NCBI GenBank assembly: GCA_034722435.1
Contig: JAYENX010000015.1
Span: forward strand, 1-44,457
Length of the DNA: 44,457 nucleotides
Reading direction: 5' to 3'
Origin: Nanobdellota archaeon
GTDB lineage: Archaea > Nanobdellota > Nanobdellia > Woesearchaeales > JAHWHD01
Shown here: positions 39,214-44,457 of the stretch, piece by piece
Numbering within the stretch: the first letter of the stretch is position 1
Layout of the letters: the number at the start of each line of letters is the position of its first letter
Notes under the pieces: generated by a model
The model's input: the letters and a program-made list of their open reading frames with translations, nothing else
Database searches by the model: none
What the model was told of the DNA's origin: nothing
Position numbers and translations under genes: made by a program

Positions 39214-40720
39214 CCTGACCTCGCCACTTCTTAAAAAGAAATAAAATCTCCCATAGTGTTTGGTGAAACCCTATGAGAGAAAATGTTAATTTTGCTATAG
39301 GCAATATAGCATTGATGGATAAAGTAGACCACAAATTTAATTTTTTCGGTCAACTCTTTGGTAGTGTAGTAAACAAAGCTAAAAACCTAAAGGAAGATGC
39401 TAAGTTGTTCATGTACAATCGACTTGGAAAATGCGTATCTATAAATCAGATTTTATCTGTTTATCCTCTTGAAACCTTTGAGTATCTTGGCTTCAAAGAT
39501 GCGCCAAAAGAAAGAACATTGTACAGAGACTTGGAACGTATTGGCTTATACCACAAATTCATCATAAGCAAATACCAGCAACTCATAAAGAAAAATGATC
39601 TTGTTTCAAAAGAGCAGTTTCCTGATTTCTCCTCAAGTTATTTCGAAGGTAAGAAGTCTGAACTTAGCAAGTTAGGCTACTCCAGAGATCATATGCCTGG
39701 GAAAGAACAGCTTACATGGGGAATTAGTACAGGTTCCAACAACATCCCTACGGCATTGACAATCCAAAAAGGCAATGTCCAGGACAAAAAGCATTTCAAA
39801 TTTATGCTTAAAACAGTGAGCAAGGTGCTGGATAAAGAAGATGTTCTTGTCTTTGATTGCGGTGGCAACACTAAGAAGAACAAGAAAAAAATTAGAAAGC
39901 TTAAGTTTCATTATCTTACACTCAAAGCAAAGAAAAAGAAAACATACAAGAAATATATACAGCTTTTCAAGATAGGAAAAAAGCAGAAAATCAGCTTAAA
40001 TGGAAATTATTATGAATGCGTTAAAATAAGAGAAGAAGATGAGATAAAATACATCTTCTTCTCTAAAAAACTATACAAAGACCAGATTAAGAAGAGGAAA
40101 AAGAAGTTTAAGAAAGAACTTGAAAAGAATGAAAGCAAGCTTACTAAAGTAAAGAAAGGCAAATCTTTCTCAACCTGTATCTCAAGAGAAGGTTATATCG
40201 TAACCAAAGGCTCTTTGCAGAAAACTCTGGATGGAATAAAAAACCCTTTCATAACTGGATTAGAAGGCTACTTCATCCTTGAATCATCTTTGGATGATGA
40301 GCCAGAGAAGGCTCTTATCTTATACAAAGACAGAGACAAATCTGAAAAGCTTATCAGAGACATGAAAGAAGGAACAGAGCTTAGGCCAATAAGGCATTGG
40401 AGCAAGTGGGCTATTATTGGTTATCTTGTGATAATTTTCCTCACAAACTGCCTGATTAATTTGACACTTTATTTAGCTGAGAACCCCATCGTGAAAAACG
40501 TAAAGTTACTCAAAAAATTCCTTAACAATTTGACACTTACTGTGGTATATCCAAGAAATAGGTTTAGATTCACTATTTTGGCTAACGATTCTGAAGAAAT
40601 GAGGTCTGTTTTAGGGGATTGGCTGGATAAATACAGGGATAAATCATTAGAATTACGCTGGTAAAGCTGAATGGCGAAATGGGTTAGGGCATTTGTTTAG
40701 TTAGAGATGGCGAGGTCAAG
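39214..40720 (+). mobile_element. IS1634-family insertion sequence, 1507 bp
   Basis: TIRs CCTGACCTCGCCA / TGGCGAGGTCAAG; 6-bp duplication TATATA at 39208-39213 and 40721-40726. Confidence 0.9.
39273..40664 (+). CDS. IS1634-family DDE transposase
   Basis: [15 protein letters not shown]...[24 protein letters not shown]. Confidence 0.88.
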   Translation: MRENVNFAIGNIALMDKVDHKFNFFGQLFGSVVNKAKNLKEDAKLFMYNRLGKCVSINQILSVYPLETFEYLGFKDAPKERTLYRDLERIGLYHKFIISKYQQLIKKNDLVSKEQFPDFSSSYFEGKKSELSKLGYSRDHMPGKEQLTWGISTGSNNIPTALTIQKGNVQDKKHFKFMLKTVSKVLDKEDVLVFDCGGNTKKNKKKIRKLKFHYLTLKAKKKKTYKKYIQLFKIGKKQKISLNGNYYECVKIREEDEIKYIFFSKKLYKDQIKKRKKKFKKELEKNESKLTKVKKGKSFSTCISREGYIVTKGSLQKTLDGIKNPFITGLEGYFILESSLDDEPEKALILYKDRDKSEKLIRDMKEGTELRPIRHWSKWAIIGYLVIIFLTNCLINLTLYLAENPIVKNVKLLKKFLNNLTLTVVYPRNRFRFTILANDSEEMRSVLGDWLDKYRDKSLELRW

Positions 40721-40728
40721 TATATAAT

Positions 40729-40959
40729 ATGGCAAAAAACCCAAAACTAACTCAAAATGAGATAAAGGTCTTAAAAAAACTTATTGAACAGGCCAGGGTT
40801 TCAGATACTGAAATTGCTAAAAATATGTCCATTTCTCAACAAGCAGTATATCAGATAAGAAACCGCCTCGAGGAATTAGGAGTAATTAAGGGATATATGC
40901 CTATTATTGATTTTAAAAAAATTGGAATAAATTTGCTATTTAAGGTAACATTTAAATAA
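40729..40959 (+). pseudogene. Truncated Lrp/AsnC regulator (HTH only)
   Basis: ARVSDTEIAK..ISQQAVYQIRNRLEELGVIKGY; ends after 76 aa; cut off from its promoter by the IS. Confidence 0.6.
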
Positions 40960-41005
40960 AATTAAAGTTACTTTAAAAGCAGAAAGACAAAGAAAGTTTT
41001 AAGTT

Positions 41006-42694
41006 GTGGTTGCAATGAAAGACATTAAAACTAATGAATCAAAAAGAAAATTTGGAAGAATCAAAGAAATTGCAGGAGTTTTAACTAAATCTGGCTTTGG
41101 ATATATTGTAGAACGAATACAGCTAAAGAGGAAATTGCCATTTCTTAAGAGGCTCTCGCATTATGAATCTTTGGAGGAATTAGACTCAACAGTGCCGGAA
41201 AGAGTTAGATTTGTGTTAGAGGAGCTAGGCACAACTTTTATTAAATTTGGCCAGATATTAAGCACGAGGCAGGATTTGATTGGAGAAGAATTTGCAAAAG
41301 AATTTGCCAAACTGCAGGACAATACGCCACCATTCTCATATGAGCTTGTTAGAACAACAATTAAAGAAGAAGTTGGCCGTTCGATTGATTCTCTATTTGA
41401 AGAATTTAACAATAAACCCCTGGCATCAGCTTCAATTGGGCAGGTACACAAGGCAAAGTTAAAAAACGGCAAAATTGTTGCTGTTAAAATCCAAAGACCA
41501 GGAATTGAAGAACAAATCAAAGAAGATATTAATATAATGCGGAAGCTGGCAAAATTAATTGAGAAGCATATCCCTGATTGGAAATACTTCAATCTTCCAG
41601 TTGTTATTGATGAGTTTGAGCGTTCTATTAAAAAAGAGTTAAACTATATCCAAGAAAAGACAAACATGAATAAATTCCAAAGCATGTTTGAAGATGATGA
41701 AAACATTGTTGTCCCGAAAGTTTATGATGAATATTTAACAAGACGAGTAATCATAACTGAATTTATCGATGGGGTTAAAATAAGCGAGCTATCCAAATCC
41801 AAAAGACATTTTAATAAACAATTGATTGCAAAGAGGGGTGCGGAAGCTTTTTTTAAGCAGGTTTTGGTTCATGGATTTTTTCATGCAGATCCTCATCCTG
41901 GCAACCTATTAGTATTAGAACAGAATCGCATTTGTTTTTTAGATTTTGGAATGGTAGGTCATATTGATAAGGAATTTATGGATAATCTTGCACAGTTATT
42001 TGTATTTCTCATTGATTACAATGTTAACGGCTTAATTAATCAGCTTACTAATATGGGTTTCATTAATGAAACTATTGACATTAAATCATTTAAGTACGAT
42101 ACCATGGATATAATGGATTTATACCACGGTGCTCAGTTGAAAGATATACGGCTTGGAAAAATAATCAGTGAGCTTATGATGCTATTGGTTAAATATAATA
42201 TAACTCAGCCAAAAGAGATAATCTTGCTAAGCAGAGCGTTAATTATCATTGAAGGTATTGGAAAAGACCTTGATCCTGAATTTAATATAGTTGTTGTATG
42301 CAAGCCATATGCAAAGAAAGTAATCAGGCAAAGAATAAGCCCCAGAAGGATTATGGACATAATAAAAGATGACTTTTTTGAGTTTGAACATTTTATAAAA
42401 ATACTTCCAAGAACTATGAAAGAGATATTTAGTAAGATTGCCCTTGGTAAAATCAATATTGAATTTGAACATAAAAACCTCGATAGGTTTTCAAGTAACT
42501 TAGAAAGAATCAGCAATAAAGTTTCTTTTGCATTAATAATATCTGCACTGATTGTTGCTTCATCACTTATAATGCAGACTGACAAAGGGCAACTCCTTTT
42601 TGGGTTTCCTATACTGGGTATAGTCATATTTTTCATAAGTGCTATAATGGGATTAGGATTAGTTATTTCAATAATTAGATTCAAAAAAATGTAA
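41006..42694 (+). CDS. UbiB/AarF/ABC1 family atypical kinase
   Basis: IKFGQILSTRQD, ASASIGQVH, VAVKIQRP, FHADPHPGN, LDFGMVG. Confidence 0.95.
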   Translation: MVAMKDIKTNESKRKFGRIKEIAGVLTKSGFGYIVERIQLKRKLPFLKRLSHYESLEELDSTVPERVRFVLEELGTTFIKFGQILSTRQDLIGEEFAKEFAKLQDNTPPFSYELVRTTIKEEVGRSIDSLFEEFNNKPLASASIGQVHKAKLKNGKIVAVKIQRPGIEEQIKEDINIMRKLAKLIEKHIPDWKYFNLPVVIDEFERSIKKELNYIQEKTNMNKFQSMFEDDENIVVPKVYDEYLTRRVIITEFIDGVKISELSKSKRHFNKQLIAKRGAEAFFKQVLVHGFFHADPHPGNLLVLEQNRICFLDFGMVGHIDKEFMDNLAQLFVFLIDYNVNGLINQLTNMGFINETIDIKSFKYDTMDIMDLYHGAQLKDIRLGKIISELMMLLVKYNITQPKEIILLSRALIIIEGIGKDLDPEFNIVVVCKPYAKKVIRQRISPRRIMDIIKDDFFEFEHFIKILPRTMKEIFSKIALGKINIEFEHKNLDRFSSNLERISNKVSFALIISALIVASSLIMQTDKGQLLFGFPILGIVIFFISAIMGLGLVISIIRFKKM

Positions 42695-42711
42695 AATGGA
42701 GGTAAACAAAA

Positions 42712-43014
42712 ATGGTAGATTTGTTAAAAAAAGGTTTAATGCTTGGTCTTGGTATTACTACCATGACCAAAGAAGCAATAGAGAAGACTGTGAAAGATTT
42801 ACAAGAGAAGGGAGAGATTAATACAAAAGAAGGCAAAAAGATGGTTGAAAACTTGCTGAAAAAGTCTAAAAAACAAAGTGAAGAAATAATGAAGAAAGTT
42901 GATGAGAGAGTGAAAAAAGTTTTGAAAACAATGCCCGTAGCAACTAAAAACGACCTTGAATCGCTTCATAAAAAGATTGACCAGCTAATAAAGAAAGATA
43001 AAAAGAAGAAATAA
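42712..43014 (+). CDS. Phasin-like helical protein
   Basis: KKGLMLGLG..TMTKE..E..V..L..KGEI; ATKNDL. Confidence 0.7.
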   Translation: MVDLLKKGLMLGLGITTMTKEAIEKTVKDLQEKGEINTKEGKKMVENLLKKSKKQSEEIMKKVDERVKKVLKTMPVATKNDLESLHKKIDQLIKKDKKKK

Positions 43015-43209
43015 GTGATTTTTTCTTATTTCTTCTTTTTGTAATACAATTAGTTTGCATCTCGATAAAAAATAGACTAGTAATATGAGAACTCCCCCTT
43101 AAGTTTAAAATTGTCCCGTTCTAATTAAATTTCTTTTTCAAAGAAAAAGACTATATGTCCGCTAGGACGAACTCCCCCTTGTTTTTTAAAAAAATGGAAA
43201 TTTTATTGT

Positions 43210-43292
43210 ATTTAACATCGCGGATTAAAAAAAGTTCGCGTAGCGAATTTGGGAAAAATCAGCAAGATTTTTCTTTTTAATCCTTGTTAAAC
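43210..43292. repeat. attC-like hairpin site (83 bp)
   Basis: ATTTAACA-TCGC-GGATTAAAAA ... TTTTTAATCC-T-TGTTAAAC. Confidence 0.8.
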
Positions 43293-43419
43293 TCCCCCGA
43301 ACGAAAGTGAGAGGTCGCAGACCGTGGGTCGAGCGAAGCGAAGAAGTCGAGAAAGAGTGCGTTCTATCCAAAAGAGCGAATGCGATACATCAAGAACAAC
43401 AATCAAAAGGGAACAAAAT

Positions 43420-44373
43420 TTATTTGAATAACTTCTCATAAAATTTCTTTCTTCCAATTACATCAATTTCATCAAGTGCATTAGATAATATTTTAAACAA
43501 ATCTTTTCCTTTCCATTTGTCATACATTAACCAAGACATTATCATTAATGCTGCAAATTTAAATGCATCAAAAAGATGTTCTTTTTCTGTTTTTGTTAAA
43601 GGACTAATTTCTTCGTATGAATTTACAATTTTTTTAGCAATTGAAAAATCCATTTTATTAGTATAAAATCTTGCCCAGTACAAAATCAGGATTCCTATAT
43701 CGTGAATTCTATATCCATAATGTGAATCATCAAAATCAAGAATTCCTGAAATTTCATTATTATGAAATTTAACATTGGATTTATCAAAATCACCATGTAC
43801 AATGCTTTTAGTTAAGTTTGTTGGAAAATTTATTGTATCTAATTGAGATTTTATAATATTATATCTAAATTTTCCTTTATCTTTATCTTCAAATCTCTTC
43901 TTCTCTTCTTTAGTAGCTTTAATGCAAAAATCTTTACTTCTTGGTTCTTTGTGAATATAATTATTTACATCATAATTTTTAGTTAATTTATGTAGTAAAG
44001 CTAATTTATGAACTAATTCTTTAAATTGAATATTATTAAGATTTTTCAAATGTCTTCCAGATATATATTCAAAAATGATAAATGGTTTCTTATCAAATAT
44101 CCCGATAAATTGATGCTTTTTATTTTCAATTGGTTTTGCAATTGGATATTTTTTCTCTGAAAGAAATTTTAAAAGTTTGGCTTCAAAGTCTACTCTTTTT
44201 TTGGTTCTATTTTCATAGTATCTTAAAACAAATTTACCTTTTGTTGTTTTAATTAAAATATTTGTTTGAACATAGCCCGCCTTGAAAGGTTTTGATTCTT
44301 TAAAATCTCCAATGTCGTAATTGTCTAATATTTCTTGAAAAACTTTTTTGGTAAAATTTGTTTTAACAGCCAT
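43420..44373 (-). CDS. Homoserine kinase type II / aminoglycoside-phosphotransferase-like kinase
   Basis: GYVQTN, FVLRYYE, IVHGDF...NV, ILDFDD. Confidence 0.85.
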   Translation of the reverse strand: MAVKTNFTKKVFQEILDNYDIGDFKESKPFKAGYVQTNILIKTTKGKFVLRYYENRTKKRVDFEAKLLKFLSEKKYPIAKPIENKKHQFIGIFDKKPFIIFEYISGRHLKNLNNIQFKELVHKLALLHKLTKNYDVNNYIHKEPRSKDFCIKATKEEKKRFEDKDKGKFRYNIIKSQLDTINFPTNLTKSIVHGDFDKSNVKFHNNEISGILDFDDSHYGYRIHDIGILILYWARFYTNKMDFSIAKKIVNSYEEISPLTKTEKEHLFDAFKFAALMIMSWLMYDKWKGKDLFKILSNALDEIDVIGRKKFYEKLFK

Positions 44374-44444
44374 AACTTAATCTGATTCTTAGAAGTATAT
44401 AAATTTTGTTCCCCCTACCATTTTTTTAGCCCTCTTTCTCGATT

Positions 44445-44457
44445 GAGTTTAACATCG
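44445..44457. repeat. Left core of the next cassette-boundary site (cut by window end)
   Basis: GAGTTTAACATCG; reverse complement of GTTAAACTC at 43286-43294. Confidence 0.75.

Noticed and set aside
38706-43292. Cores ATTTAACAT / TGTTAAAT resemble the XerD arm of dif (pdif modules)
   Set aside because: No 11-6-11 geometry and no TTAT-type second arm at the right spacing; long internal stems fit hairpin sites better.
29400-44457. CRISPR array
   Set aside because: Repeats are variable-length palindromes separated by whole genes, not identical 25-45 bp repeats with short spacers; no cas genes seen.
1-44457. tRNA or rRNA genes
   Set aside because: No cloverleaf with a T-loop GTTCRA motif and no rRNA-like GC-rich tract seen; the GC-rich islands are the repeat blocks. 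tRNAscan-SE was not run.

Overview
Archaeal DNA, most consistent with a DPANN/Nanobdellota (Woesearchaeota-like) genome. Evidence: rps6e-aIF2gamma, TYW3, TATA-box leaderless genes and many DPANN-type hypotheticals. Bases 1-29 kb are mostly core or housekeeping: a form II/III RuBisCO, an S-layer-like protein, MNT-HEPN genes, MtnA, ornithine decarboxylase and a pseudoknot-like rps6e leader. From about 29.4 kb to the window end lies an array of 1-4 gene modules (DJ-1, cdd, C39 peptidase, MFS, methyltransferases, MazEF-like TA, Lrp, Fic, UbiB+phasin, APH-type kinase). The modules are separated by hairpin sites bounded by xxxTAAC-ATC and TGTTAxx cores. The cores obey the integron cassette rule: cores across a module are complementary, while cores within one hairpin can mismatch. 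The hairpins are non-canonical, with a TC bulge instead of the attC unpaired spacer and extrahelical G. In addition, nearly every module is clamped by its own 8-16 bp inverted repeat joining the promoter region to the stop codon. No integrase gene lies in the window; site decay predicts one beyond base 44457. An IS1634-family element with a TATATA target duplication interrupts one module. All repeat matches were read by eye; no searches were run.
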